64,000 nucleotides of DNA from an uncultured archaeon (GCA_964348065.1 CAYGBE010000155.1:35664-99663), one strand, 5' to 3'. Numbered from the stretch's first letter, positions 19,602-29,847 are shown. Program-made: numbers and translations. Notes: generated by a model not told the origin, from the letters alone.

Positions 19602-22600
19602 ATGAATTTAAAGCCTTTTTTATTAATAGTTTTTTTATTATTAATATTATTATCTTATCCTGCTTATGCAGATATCTCTCAAGACATAAATAACTTTTTT
19701 GCTTCAATATTCAATTCAATAATCTCGTTCTTTAATTCCATATCTAGTGTATTATTTCCTACACCTCCTCCAACAGGAAATGGTGGAGGCAGTGGGAACG
19801 GTGATGGAGATGGCTTGGGATTACCACCTGGAGGATGTGCAATTGGTATGTCTTTCTCAACATCAGGAAAAGATACATGTAGTGTCAAAGCAACCATCAC
19901 TGCTAGAGATTGTGATGGTAAACCATATTCAATAAAAGATAATGGAAATACCAAATGCTCAGGAACCATATCTGGTGATAGCAGAACTATAGACTGTGAC
20001 TGGACAGTCACAACAGGTAGTTATACCTACAAATTATACGTTGATAATAAGTACAAAAGTTCTAAATCTGTTACTTGTTATGAAACACCTCCATGTTCTG
20101 CTTTTTTAACTTTAAATTCAATGGGAATTAATACATGCACTATAACAGCTACTATTAATGCCCAATACTGCAAGGATAAAATATACTCAATAGAAAGCAC
20201 TGCATGTTCAGGAACAATAGCTAGTGATAGCACTAGCTTTAATTGTGATTGGCAAGTTTCTTCAGCTGGTACTTATACATATAACTTATATATTGATGGC
20301 AGTCTTGAAACATCCAAGTCTGTCACATGCCCTGAACAAACATGTTCTTGTGGCAGTTGGCAGAATAAAGGTTGTGGAGAAGGAGGTTGTGCTTCTAATC
20401 AAATGTATCAAACAAGATCATGCAACCCATCTGCATGTGACACAGAAGAAAGATGTCAATCAGATGCAAGTTGTGAAACTGTATCAGATTGTGATTCTCA
20501 ATGTAAAGCACGAGAATTTGCCTCTGGAACTTGTAGACCCAGTATGAATGGAGAACTTATTTTCCGCTCTGGTTTTGAATCAGGTATTTATCTTGACAAT
20601 CCAACAACAGAAGGTGGTAATCAATGGTGGCAATGGCTAAAAGGAGAGGATGAAGGATACGCTTGGACAACAGATCTTCCATCACAATATGATTATGGAA
20701 GCCGTTTCCAATATCTAGTTTCATCAAGTCACAGCCAACAAGAACTAAACAATTATGTTGAAACACGAATTGATAATGTGATCGGACATGATGGTACATC
20801 TACAAGAGCTCTATATATGGATGTGAAAGATGACGATCCAGTTAATGATGGTTTAACTCGCAACCAATATAATGTGTATCTGGGCAATAGTCTTTCAGAA
20901 GCGTATGTTCGTTATTGGATAAAAATTCAACAAAACTTGAAAGATGTTATGCCTGAATCAAGTGGTTGGCGTATGATAATGGAGTGGAAAGAAACTGATG
21001 ATGATTATCGTTGGAACATTCACATCCAAAAAGATTCCAGTGGAAATTTATACTGGTATACCCAAGCACAATGGGGAACCTTGGGAAGTTCACCACAACA
21101 TTGGAATATAAAAAGTTACGATCCACAACCAGAATCTATTTTAGGAGAATGGGCCCTTCTTGAAGTATATTGGAAACACAGCACAGGTAGTGATGGTCGA
21201 GTTTGGGTTGCTATAAATGGTCAAACAGTGGCTGATTATCATGGTCAAAACAAAAAGAATAATGATGTATTTGGGTGGAATTTATTCAAAGTTTATACTG
21301 GTCCTTCACATCTTGCTTTAGGTAAACATTATCAATGGATAGATGATTTTGAACTTTGGAGTGAAATACCTACATCAACAGAAGCATGCCAACAAGGAGA
21401 AACTCCTATAGGACGGGGTGGTTGTTCTTTAGGAGAAACTTGTTGTTGTTCTGGAGTTCTTCAAAAATGTACAGATGGTACCATCTATGGTGAATGTTCA
21501 TCTACTAAACCAAAACACTGTGATAGTGGTAATCTAATTGATTATTGTTCTTACTGTGGCTGTGATATTGGATATGAATGTCAAGCTGATGAATCATGCA
21601 AGAAAAAGGAGGTTTCAACCTCGTTTAATATTTATCGTTATAAAAGTTTCGGGACAGCAGATAGTGTAGCAGATATTGCTGAATATTATGACATGACTCA
21701 AAGTTGGGGATATACCGGTTCAATGATTCCACAAATACATTCATTACGACCTGATTTCAAAGCCTTATTTTATCGTAATGTAAAGGCTGTTTATCCTTAT
21801 TGGGAAGATGAGTGGGAATTATTCAAGGCTAACAACTGGGTTTTGAAAGACTCAAGTGGAAATTATGTTTACTCTACTCATTATGGAGCAGAAAATTATA
21901 TGTTTGTAGACATTGGTAATTCTGACTATCAACAATGGGTATCAAACAAGATCAAAGAAGTATTAAATGAACATGGATTTGACGGAGTGTTTGCAGATGA
22001 AGGTCTATATGTTACTAGTAGTTGGGGATCTGCCTCTGGTGATCCAATTAATCCAAGAACAGGGAAAATATGGGAAGATGAGGAAGTTAAGAAAGCGTAT
22101 CTTGGTTTACACCAAAAAATTAAGCAAACTATTGGTTCTAAATTATTAATTGCCAATGGGATATGGCGTGGAAGAAGTTTTTATAATCATCAGAGCGATT
22201 TTTCTGAACTTTTGCAAAATTCACCTATGGATGGGTTCATGAGTGAAGGCATATGGTATACTTACAATGGATATTGGTTCAGCGAAGATTATTGGAAGAA
22301 AAGTCTTGATTTTTTGATTTGGGTCCAAGACAATTATTTGAGCACTAATAAGTACTTTGTACCTGTTTGCAGTCATCGTAACAATCCGAGTGGTGTTAGT
22401 AATGCTAAATTATCAAATTACTGCACAGCCTCACTTTTATTGGGTATAAAAGCTGGACAGAAAAACATATATTTCCACAATGGAGATATTGAATTCTTAA
22501 AAACTTATGGTCAAGAGCTTTTTGATAAGGCTAACAGTATTGGTGATCCTTCTGGAAGTTATTATATTGTTAATAAATTATATGTTCGTGATTTTTCTAA

Positions 22601-22739
22601 TGGAAAGGCTTTGGTCAATCCTACCTCATCAAGTTATACCATTAATCTTGGTCAAGAATATGAAAATTTAAATGGTCAAACAGTTTCTGGAACTTATACT
22701 GTGTATGCTCACACAGGAGAAATTTTAACAAAAGTATAA
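19602..22739 (+). CDS. secreted multidomain protein: Sec signal peptide, Gly-rich linker, two tandem Ig-like repeats, Cys-knot segment and a C-terminal TIM-barrel-like domain with a GFDGVFADEG motif (GH114-like?)
   Basis: 1045 aa. The signal peptide is MNLKPFLLIVFLLLILLSYPAYA, and two repeats of about 110 aa each end in TYTY[KN]LY[VI]D…KSVTC. Confidence 0.55.
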   Translation: MNLKPFLLIVFLLLILLSYPAYADISQDINNFFASIFNSIISFFNSISSVLFPTPPPTGNGGGSGNGDGDGLGLPPGGCAIGMSFSTSGKDTCSVKATITARDCDGKPYSIKDNGNTKCSGTISGDSRTIDCDWTVTTGSYTYKLYVDNKYKSSKSVTCYETPPCSAFLTLNSMGINTCTITATINAQYCKDKIYSIESTACSGTIASDSTSFNCDWQVSSAGTYTYNLYIDGSLETSKSVTCPEQTCSCGSWQNKGCGEGGCASNQMYQTRSCNPSACDTEERCQSDASCETVSDCDSQCKAREFASGTCRPSMNGELIFRSGFESGIYLDNPTTEGGNQWWQWLKGEDEGYAWTTDLPSQYDYGSRFQYLVSSSHSQQELNNYVETRIDNVIGHDGTSTRALYMDVKDDDPVNDGLTRNQYNVYLGNSLSEAYVRYWIKIQQNLKDVMPESSGWRMIMEWKETDDDYRWNIHIQKDSSGNLYWYTQAQWGTLGSSPQHWNIKSYDPQPESILGEWALLEVYWKHSTGSDGRVWVAINGQTVADYHGQNKKNNDVFGWNLFKVYTGPSHLALGKHYQWIDDFELWSEIPTSTEACQQGETPIGRGGCSLGETCCCSGVLQKCTDGTIYGECSSTKPKHCDSGNLIDYCSYCGCDIGYECQADESCKKKEVSTSFNIYRYKSFGTADSVADIAEYYDMTQSWGYTGSMIPQIHSLRPDFKALFYRNVKAVYPYWEDEWELFKANNWVLKDSSGNYVYSTHYGAENYMFVDIGNSDYQQWVSNKIKEVLNEHGFDGVFADEGLYVTSSWGSASGDPINPRTGKIWEDEEVKKAYLGLHQKIKQTIGSKLLIANGIWRGRSFYNHQSDFSELLQNSPMDGFMSEGIWYTYNGYWFSEDYWKKSLDFLIWVQDNYLSTNKYFVPVCSHRNNPSGVSNAKLSNYCTASLLLGIKAGQKNIYFHNGDIEFLKTYGQELFDKANSIGDPSGSYYIVNKLYVRDFSNGKALVNPTSSSYTINLGQEYENLNGQTVSGTYTVYAHTGEILTKV

Positions 22740-22743
22740 TTTT

Positions 22744-24081
22744 CTAGGGTAATAATCTTTCAGGATCCCTAGCAAAGAGAACAGCTTCTCTAATATTTTT
22801 CAGATTTAAAATTTTCATAGTAAATCTTTCTATTCCTAAGCAAAAACCTCCCATTGAAGGAGCTCCATATTTAAAGAATTCAGTAAACCATCTAAAATTG
22901 CTTAAATTTAATTTCTTTTCCCTTATGTTCTTAATTAATTCTTCGTATCTATGCTCTCTTTGTCCTCCAGAAGACATCTCTAATCCTTTGTATATCAAAT
23001 CAACACTTCTTGCATATTTGGGTTCTTCATCAACTCTCATAACATAAAATGGTTTTATAGCAAAGGGAAATCTATTTATGAAAAAGAAATCATTATCATA
23101 CTCTTTTCTAACATGTGCAGCAAGAAGATCTTCAGCTTCTCTGTTCAAATCAGATCCATCTTTGATTTTTAAACCTAGTTTTCTTAAAATCTTGTAAATT
23201 TCAGGAAATCTTAGTTCTGGAAAAGGTGTTTTTGGTATTGTTATTTTTTTATTTAATATTTCTAATTCATTTTTACAATTTTTCATTACAAATTTTATAC
23301 CTTCCACAATTACTTGCTCTTCTAGTCTCATCGTATCTATTTCATCTATTAAAAAACTTGTTTCTGGGGCCAAACCCCTGTGTTCGCATAAGTGAAAAGT
23401 TGTATGAGATTTTTCTGCTCTCCAATTGGGTCCCAAATCAAATATTTTATCAAATCCAGAAATTATTATTAATTCCCTATGCAATTGTGGGTCTTGTCTA
23501 AGGAATGATTCTTTATCAAAATAAGGAACAGCAAAAACATCAGACCCCCCCTCTGATATTCCTCCTATTAAACACGGAGTAAAAACTTGTAAAAATCCGT
23601 TTTTAATCAAGAAATTTTGCATTCCCTCAACAAGCTTTGATTGAATCTTAAATACGGCTTGGTTTTCAGGTCTTCTTAAATCCAATGGTCTTTGATCTAA
23701 TCTAGTATCTAAGAGAGCAGGGGTTTTCTTAGTTTCCATTTCTAAAGGTAATGGCTTTTCAGCTTTGTTAATTAATTTTATTTCAATTGGTATTATTTCT
23801 CTTCCTCCAGGAGCTTCTCCATTTTCCTTAACAGTTCCTTTAACAGCTATTACATCTTCTCTTCCCAAAGATTCAATCTTCTTTATAACAACTGGCAAAA
23901 CATCTTCATCTTTTGCAGTTATTTGAATAAACCCTTCTCTATCAGCTAGTTTAATGAATTTTAATTTTCCTATGTCTCTTAGTTCTCTTACCCATCCCAT
24001 TACAATAACTTTTTTATTGTCCATTTCTGGAACTACTTCTTTAGAATAATGAGTTCTTTTCCAATCTCCTAAATTTTCCAT
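22744..24081 (-). CDS. aspS: aspartyl-tRNA synthetase (class IIb, archaeal type; may be non-discriminating)
   Basis: 445 aa. N-terminal OB fold, motif 2 FRAE, motif 3 GGFCLGIERFTM. Confidence 0.75.
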   Translation of the reverse strand: MENLGDWKRTHYSKEVVPEMDNKKVIVMGWVRELRDIGKLKFIKLADREGFIQITAKDEDVLPVVIKKIESLGREDVIAVKGTVKENGEAPGGREIIPIEIKLINKAEKPLPLEMETKKTPALLDTRLDQRPLDLRRPENQAVFKIQSKLVEGMQNFLIKNGFLQVFTPCLIGGISEGGSDVFAVPYFDKESFLRQDPQLHRELIIISGFDKIFDLGPNWRAEKSHTTFHLCEHRGLAPETSFLIDEIDTMRLEEQVIVEGIKFVMKNCKNELEILNKKITIPKTPFPELRFPEIYKILRKLGLKIKDGSDLNREAEDLLAAHVRKEYDNDFFFINRFPFAIKPFYVMRVDEEPKYARSVDLIYKGLEMSSGGQREHRYEELIKNIREKKLNLSNFRWFTEFFKYGAPSMGGFCLGIERFTMKILNLKNIREAVLFARDPERLLP

Positions 24082-24089
24082 TTGAACAC

Positions 24090-24368
24090 CTAAAGAGCAT
24101 TAAATGGCGGATTGAAGAATATAATCCATGATATAAACCAGACAAACAAATATATCCAACCACCATTTGACCAAAACCATTTAAATTTCTCGTCAATCTT
24201 AAAGGCTTTTTTATTTAATTCAGCAACTATTACTAGAAATATCAATGCCAAACTTATTGCAATATAATTTCCTGATTCGCCGTACAAATTTCTTGCAAAT
24301 TGACTCAAATAACCTATTATTATTCCAACTATTATGTAAACGATCATTGATTTGTTTCCCTTTTTCAT
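24090..24368 (-). CDS. small membrane protein (92 aa)
   Basis: Three hydrophobic helices; no motif recognised. Confidence 0.35.
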   Translation of the reverse strand: MKKGNKSMIVYIIVGIIIGYLSQFARNLYGESGNYIAISLALIFLVIVAELNKKAFKIDEKFKWFWSNGGWIYLFVWFISWIIFFNPPFNAL

Positions 24369-24414
24369 ACTATCTTATTAAATGTACTAATATATAAATT
24401 CTTAAAGATTTGGA

Positions 24415-25068
24415 CTAGTAATCTTCTAATGATTTCTGTTCTTTTTCTGTTTTAATATTATTGACAGTTATCCAAGAATGTCTTATAAACTCCAAGTGCT
24501 TTTTCTCTTTTAGAGCCTTTTTAACAAATTCTATGCTTCTTTCATCATGGCTATAGCCAACTCCAAAATCAAAACCAACAATTTTCTTGATTTTCTCTAT
24601 TTCCTCATCTCTTTCATGTTTAGCAATCACAGAAGCTGCAGAACAAACAGGATATTTTAGATCAGCATAATTTTCAGCTACTATTTCTGTATTATTTTTA
24701 GCTAGTGCTAAAAGAATTGCTTTAAATTTTTCTGTTGAAACTTGTGGAGCATCAACATAAGCTATATCAGCCTTCATAGATTTTATAATTTGTGCCATTT
24801 TTTCTGCTTCTATTTTGTTCAAATTTGAAATTTTTCTTAATTCATCTATTTGTTTAGCAGAAATTTTTAAAGAAACATAATCTTTAGCAATTTTTTTAAT
24901 TAAAGAGTATAATTCTTTTCTTTTTGAGGGTGTTAGCAATTTACTATCTTTCACTCCAAATTTTCTAAGCTTAGCTTCATCCTCTTTTTCTATTAGCACT
25001 CCTGCTAAAACCATGGGCCCTATAACTGACCCTCTGCCTGCCTCATCTATACCTAATATTGTTGTCAA
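24415..25068 (-). CDS. rnhB: ribonuclease HII
   Basis: ILGIDEAGRGSVIGPMVLAGV catalytic motif; 217 aa. Confidence 0.85.
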   Translation of the reverse strand: MTTILGIDEAGRGSVIGPMVLAGVLIEKEDEAKLRKFGVKDSKLLTPSKRKELYSLIKKIAKDYVSLKISAKQIDELRKISNLNKIEAEKMAQIIKSMKADIAYVDAPQVSTEKFKAILLALAKNNTEIVAENYADLKYPVCSAASVIAKHERDEEIEKIKKIVGFDFGVGYSHDERSIEFVKKALKEKKHLEFIRHSWITVNNIKTEKEQKSLEDY

Positions 25069-25132
25069 TTTATTACCTCTTTAATAATTAACATAAGTTT
25101 ATATAACTTTTAAAGCCTTATAATTAAAACAT

Positions 25133-25224
25133 AGCGGGGTAGGGCAGCCAGGAGTGCCCGTCGGGCTCATAATTATTAATAAGAAACCCGAAGGTCGTAA
25201 GTTCAAATCTTACCCCCGCTACCA
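25133..25224 (+). tRNA. initiator-type tRNA-Met (CAT) with an approximately 14-nt intron at 37/38 and an encoded 3' CCA
   Basis: Acceptor AGCGGGG/CCCCGCT with A1:U72. Anticodon stem TCGGG/CCCGA (three G:C pairs next to the loop), loop CTCATA[intron ATTATTAATAAGAA]A. T-loop TTCAAAT, discriminator A, then CCA. Confidence 0.7.
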
Positions 25225-25226
25225 TA

Positions 25227-25379
25227 TTATTTTTTAAATCCTAAACTCTGAAAAACGTTAATCTCGTCTCCAATTTCTACTTCATCCTCAACATGAACTT
25301 CTTTCTTTCTCCCATTAACGAGAACAATAGCATTTTTATCTTTTATTTCAAGGACTTTCCCTTTTTGAACAAGACACAT
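25227..25379 (-). CDS. hypC: HypC/HupF-like hydrogenase maturation chaperone (short, 50 aa)
   Basis: Hand-translated: MCLVQKGKVLEIKDKNAIVLVNGRKKEVHVEDEVEIGDEINVFQSLGFKK. It has the N-terminal Met-Cys-Leu start and the …GDxxxV core typical of HypC. Under the track size cutoff. Confidence 0.45.
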   Translation of the reverse strand: MCLVQKGKVLEIKDKNAIVLVNGRKKEVHVEDEVEIGDEINVFQSLGFKK

Positions 25380-25383
25380 AATA

Positions 25384-25917
25384 TCATTTAGTTGTTTCGT
25401 CTTTAAATTTATTATAATAGTTTAATGCAGTTTCAAACTCTTTTTCATTCAAAATCATATGAATTTTATCTCTATGTAAAATTACCCAATTGCCAGTTTT
25501 TAATTCATTTTCAATTATTATTTCTGGATATGCTTCTGAATCTGTTTTTATTACTCTACCATCAACTGTTTCTACTATGAATTTAGAATCAAATTTATCA
25601 ACAATTTTAGCAGGATAAGCAGTACACCACTCAACTAATGTCTTATCATGTGTATATCTTTCTAACATTCTTATGTTTTTATTATGAACATAAAAAAAAT
25701 ATTCAAAGAAACCATATTTACTAACTCCTTCGTATGCCATTGGAAAAAATTTCTCTAATAAATTCTCATTAAAGTCTCCGGTTTTTAAAGAATTTTTAAT
25801 AACATCAATTTCTTCATTTGTCGGAACACTGGGACTAAATATTGATCTAGTTTCTCCTTCTCTTCTTAAGCAAGAAATAGCCATTTTTAAAAATCTTATC
25901 TTATCTTCTTTATTCAT
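25384..25917 (-). CDS. hypothetical protein directly upstream of and co-oriented with the hypC-like gene
   Basis: 177-aa ORF with no recognised motif. The 4-nt gap to hypC suggests co-transcription. Confidence 0.4.
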   Translation of the reverse strand: MNKEDKIRFLKMAISCLRREGETRSIFSPSVPTNEEIDVIKNSLKTGDFNENLLEKFFPMAYEGVSKYGFFEYFFYVHNKNIRMLERYTHDKTLVEWCTAYPAKIVDKFDSKFIVETVDGRVIKTDSEAYPEIIIENELKTGNWVILHRDKIHMILNEKEFETALNYYNKFKDETTK

Positions 25918-25952
25918 ATAATACTTAAGTATGTTTATAATTAATAAATTTT

Positions 25953-26360
25953 ATGAAAGCTGTTATGAGTTTAGGAAACCCAATCAAATCTGATGACAAT
26001 ATTGGAAACATTATTCTCGATAAATTAGATGATGATATAATCAAAATAAAAGCAGGAGTAATGCCTGAAAATTTTATTAAAGAATTGAAAGATTTTGATG
26101 AAATAATAATTATTGATGCTTTAGAGTTTGGAGGAGAAGTTGGTGAAGTTAGAACTTTTGAATTGAATGAAATTAAAGATAGTATAACATCAACTCATAA
26201 TATACCTATAAGTTTATTAAAAAATTTTTTACCTGATTCTAAAATTAAAATAATAGGAATTCAACCAAAAAATATTGAATTCGGAGAAAAATTGAGTGAA
26301 GAACTGGAAAGTAAAATCGAAGAAATAGTTGAAAGAGTTAACCTTTTTTTGAAACAATGA
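25953..26360 (+). CDS. hycI: hydrogenase maturation endopeptidase (HycI/HybD family)
   Basis: SLGNPIKSDDNIGNIILDKL … IIIIDALEFGGEVGEV matches the GNxxxxDDGxG … DA motifs of [NiFe] hydrogenase maturation proteases. Confidence 0.65.
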   Translation: MKAVMSLGNPIKSDDNIGNIILDKLDDDIIKIKAGVMPENFIKELKDFDEIIIIDALEFGGEVGEVRTFELNEIKDSITSTHNIPISLLKNFLPDSKIKIIGIQPKNIEFGEKLSEELESKIEEIVERVNLFLKQ

Positions 26361-27207
26361 ACGCTCCTAACAAAATTAAAACAGATCCTATGATTTGTAA
26401 TGGGAGTATAGTTTCTTCTAAAAATAAGTAAGATAGGAAAAGTGAAATTGGTGGAGATAATAAGAGTAAAGTAGAGGCTTTGGAAACTTTTATTAACTTT
26501 ATAGAATAATACCAAAAAAATACGTATAAAAACAAAATTGATACTGAAATTCCAATATAAAGAACTTGTTCAGATGTAAGTAATAGCAATTGATCAAATT
26601 TTCCTGTTAAAAGAACAATTGAAAACAGAACAATTGACGCAAAAAACATTCTACAAAAAGAAACAACAAAATTAGATTCCTTCTTTATCATTGCGTACTT
26701 TGATATAATATTTTCAACTGCAAAAAGAACTGTTGCAATAATAACTAGAAAATCTCCAATAGCAATATCAAAAGTTATTGCACTAGAAGATATTAGATAT
26801 GCTCCAATAATCATTACTATCATTGCATAAACTTGTATTCTATTTATTTTTTCTTTTAAAAAAGTAAAGGCAAGAACCGTAATGAACAAAGGCAAAAGTT
26901 TATGTAAAAAAGCTGTTCTTCCTGCAGTTGTTAATTTTAATCCATTAAAAAATGTTAAAAAACCAAAACCAGCAACAACACCTATTGATAAAAGAATTTT
27001 CCAAGGAACCTTGTTAAAGTTCTTAAAACTTAATTTATTTTTAAAAAATGAAATTATAAAAAATCCCAAACCAACAAAAAAAGTTCTTAATGAAGTAAAA
27101 AGAGTTGGATCTAATGACACAAGAAAAAACTTGTTTACCATAATGGCAAAACCACTCACTACAGCAGTTATTACAGCAAATAAAATTCCAATGTTTTCTT
27201 TATTCAT
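26338..27207 (-). CDS. EamA/DMT-family transporter (10-TM)
   Basis: 289 aa with a duplicated 5-TM architecture. Confidence 0.55.
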   Translation of the reverse strand: MNKENIGILFAVITAVVSGFAIMVNKFFLVSLDPTLFTSLRTFFVGLGFFIISFFKNKLSFKNFNKVPWKILLSIGVVAGFGFLTFFNGLKLTTAGRTAFLHKLLPLFITVLAFTFLKEKINRIQVYAMIVMIIGAYLISSSAITFDIAIGDFLVIIATVLFAVENIISKYAMIKKESNFVVSFCRMFFASIVLFSIVLLTGKFDQLLLLTSEQVLYIGISVSILFLYVFFWYYSIKLIKVSKASTLLLLSPPISLFLSYLFLEETILPLQIIGSVLILLGAFIVSKKG

Positions 27208-27538
27208 CTACAACATTTTTACTAACTTTCTTTTTATTCTTATCAGCATATTCAAAATCATTACTTAATTTTATTGCTTTAGGTTTGGCAGGACAATTAT
27301 CCTCACACAATTTACAGAATATGCATAAACCTTGATCGAAATCTATTTTTCCTTTTTTATGAAACTTAATAGCTCCAACAGGGCAGTATTTTTCACAAAG
27401 CCTACATCCTATGCATCTTTTAGGAAAATAATGAATTCTTCCTAAAAATCTAGGAAAGGGTATAACTCTTACTTTAGGATATCTTCTTGTAAAAGGTCTT
27501 TTGAAAAAATTCTTTATTGCTTCAATTTCTATTTTCAT
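27200..27538 (-). CDS. 2x[4Fe-4S] ferredoxin subunit of the membrane-bound hydrogenase (NuoI/EchF-like)
   Basis: CIGCRLCEKYCP and CIFCKLCEDNCP motifs. Confidence 0.75.
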   Translation of the reverse strand: MKIEIEAIKNFFKRPFTRRYPKVRVIPFPRFLGRIHYFPKRCIGCRLCEKYCPVGAIKFHKKGKIDFDQGLCIFCKLCEDNCPAKPKAIKLSNDFEYADKNKKKVSKNVVDE

Positions 27539-28383
27539 AAAATACCTCTCATTATTATTATAAAATCGATTAATGCCAATATCATAACTAGGAAATTAAC
27601 TTTGAAAGCTTGATCAACTCTATATCGTGGTGTGGTTGCCTGAGTATACGAATAAATAAATAAAAACAACAAACTCAAAGGTAAAATAACAAATATGTCT
27701 TTACCAAATAAAAGTAAGGGCATAAGAAAAACAAAAAATAATCTTTTCATGTAAGTGGCTAATTCAAAAAACGCTAAATTTTTTCCACTATATTCAGTTC
27801 CACTTCCACTCATTATTTCTGGGCCAGCTTCTGCAGTATCAAGAGGAGTTATGTGAAGTTCAACAATTAATATTGCAGCCAAAGCAGCAGAAGATATTGG
27901 AGCTGATAATAAAAGAAAAGTTGAATCAAAAAGACCCAAAGATAAAACGCCTGCTCTTATCATAAAATTAAAAACAACTATAACAAGTGCTATTTCATAA
28001 GCAAGCATCAATATCATTTCTCTCATAGAACCAACAATTCCAAAAGGATTATCAGAAGACAAACCAGCCAAAATGTAAAATGCACTTGATAAAATTGTGA
28101 TGTAAACTAAAATCACAAAATCAAAATTAAAAGCAATCAAAGAAAATGGAATAAACAAAAATAATGTGTAAGTTGAAAGAAAATAAAATAAAGGAGTATA
28201 ATTAAAAAAGGGATCATTCTGACTTCTTAATTTCTTTTTTTGAAAGAGTTTTATGATGTCATAAAAAGGCTGAATTATTGGTGGACCAATTCTGTTTTGT
28301 AATCTGGCATTTATTTTTCTATGCAAGCCTTCATAAAACATTGCAATAAATGGAATCAATAAAAAGAAAATTATTTCGTACAT
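27535..28383 (-). CDS. membrane subunit NuoH/EchB-like
   Basis: 282 aa polytopic protein with a conserved N-terminal RxxxRxGP-like region (QNRIGPPIIQPFYD). Confidence 0.65.
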   Translation of the reverse strand: MYEIIFFLLIPFIAMFYEGLHRKINARLQNRIGPPIIQPFYDIIKLFQKKKLRSQNDPFFNYTPLFYFLSTYTLFLFIPFSLIAFNFDFVILVYITILSSAFYILAGLSSDNPFGIVGSMREMILMLAYEIALVIVVFNFMIRAGVLSLGLFDSTFLLLSAPISSAALAAILIVELHITPLDTAEAGPEIMSGSGTEYSGKNLAFFELATYMKRLFFVFLMPLLLFGKDIFVILPLSLLFLFIYSYTQATTPRYRVDQAFKVNFLVMILALIDFIIIMRGIL

Positions 28384-29537
28384 GTATACTTCCTCCTAAA
28401 TTGGGCTTCATTTAAAACCTCTGTTTTTCCGTTTTTTACTATCATTACTCTTTCTAAACAGCTAAAGCAAGGATCCAAAGAACCAACTATAACTGGTATG
28501 TCCCCTATTTCTCTTTTTAACAAAATTTTTTCAACTATTTTTAATGTTGCAAAAGTTGGAGTTCTTATCTTAGCTCTCTCAATTTTATTATTCTTAAACT
28601 TAAGATAATAAAATAATTCTCCTCGTGGAGCTTCAACTCTCCCAACAGCTTCACCGTTTGGAATTTGTGTTAATGTAAATTTTGGTACAGGTTTTTTAGG
28701 TATCAATCTTAAAACTTGTTTTATTATTCTTATTGATTCTAAAATTTCTCTTAACCTAACAATAACTCTTGTTAAAGAATCACCATTATCTTCGATTATT
28801 TCTTCAAAATGAAATTTTTTGTATATGCCAAAGGGTGGATCTGTTTTTCTTATATCAGACTCTACACCACTTGCCCTAGCATTTGGTCCAACTATGCAGT
28901 ATCTTTTGGCATCTTCCTTTGTTATTACACCAACATCTTTTAATCTGGAAATTATTACATTGTCTTTTTTAATATCCCTAAGGTAATCTTCTGTTCTTTT
29001 TTTAAGAATCTCTAAATTTTTCAATATGAAAGCTTTGTCTTTTAAATCAAAATCATAGCTAACTGTTTTTATTTTATTAAAATTATGATGAACTCTTCCT
29101 CCTGTTAATTTTTCAAAAATATCAATTACCCTTTCTCTTTCTCTCCAGAAATACATAAACAAAGTTTCATAACCTATATCATGGGTTATTAAACCTAGCC
29201 AAAGAACATGGCTGTGCAATCTTTCTAGTTCCATCATCAAAGCCCTTATTAGTTTGACTTTTTCATTGAGTTTGAATTTCAAAATGTTTTCAACTGTTCT
29301 ACAATAAGCATTCTCATGAGCAGCAGAACAAATTCCACATATTCTTTGAGTCAAATACAAAGCTGAGTCAGGATTTTTTCCTTCTAAAATCTTTTCTATA
29401 CCTTTATGTGTATAACCCATTCTTATATTAACATCTTGGATATAGTTTCCATCTAGTTTAACCCTTATACACATTGGTTCCTTTAAAGCAGGATGCTGAG
29501 GACCTATTGGTATTATATAATCATGCATTCTTCTCAC
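28371..29537 (-). CDS. [NiFe] hydrogenase large subunit, group 4 (NuoD/EchE-like) with both Ni-binding Cys pairs
   Basis: N-terminal RICGICSAAH (RxCGxCxxxH) and C-terminal DPCFSCLER (DPCxxCxx[HR]). The Ni-ligand cysteines are retained, unlike in NuoD. Confidence 0.8.
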   Translation of the reverse strand: MRRMHDYIIPIGPQHPALKEPMCIRVKLDGNYIQDVNIRMGYTHKGIEKILEGKNPDSALYLTQRICGICSAAHENAYCRTVENILKFKLNEKVKLIRALMMELERLHSHVLWLGLITHDIGYETLFMYFWRERERVIDIFEKLTGGRVHHNFNKIKTVSYDFDLKDKAFILKNLEILKKRTEDYLRDIKKDNVIISRLKDVGVITKEDAKRYCIVGPNARASGVESDIRKTDPPFGIYKKFHFEEIIEDNGDSLTRVIVRLREILESIRIIKQVLRLIPKKPVPKFTLTQIPNGEAVGRVEAPRGELFYYLKFKNNKIERAKIRTPTFATLKIVEKILLKREIGDIPVIVGSLDPCFSCLERVMIVKNGKTEVLNEAQFRRKYTCTK

Positions 29538-29847
29538 TTTTTTTCAATAATGGTGGTTTTTTATTCCAATTATCTGGCAAGAATAATTTCAAATGTAATT
29601 TGGGATTTCCTTCAAACTCCACACCAAAAAAATCATGAATTTCTCTTTCATAATAATCTGCATTAGGAAAAATATCTACAATACTCTCGATAAATGGTTT
29701 CTTTTTTGAAATTTTAAATTTTAAAGCAATTATTTTTCCATTATCGTCAAAATAATAATTTAAAGCAAAATCTCCTTCATCTTTACAAACAATTGCTATT
29801 AGTCTTTTATCTTCAAACTTTCTTATTTCGTGTTTTGGGTCTTTCAT
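29521..29847 (-). CDS. NuoC/EchD-like subunit (very short, 108 aa)
   Basis: ADYYEREIHDFFGVEFEGNP resembles the NuoC signature ERExxDxxGxxF. Confidence 0.55.
   Translation of the reverse strand: MKDPKHEIRKFEDKRLIAIVCKDEGDFALNYYFDDNGKIIALKFKISKKKPFIESIVDIFPNADYYEREIHDFFGVEFEGNPKLHLKLFLPDNWNKKPPLLKKSEKNA

Noticed and set aside
26261-27268. Track ORFs 26261-26515(-) and 26882-27268(+) overlapping the EamA transporter gene
   Set aside because: They overlap a better-supported polytopic membrane ORF and have low-complexity translations.
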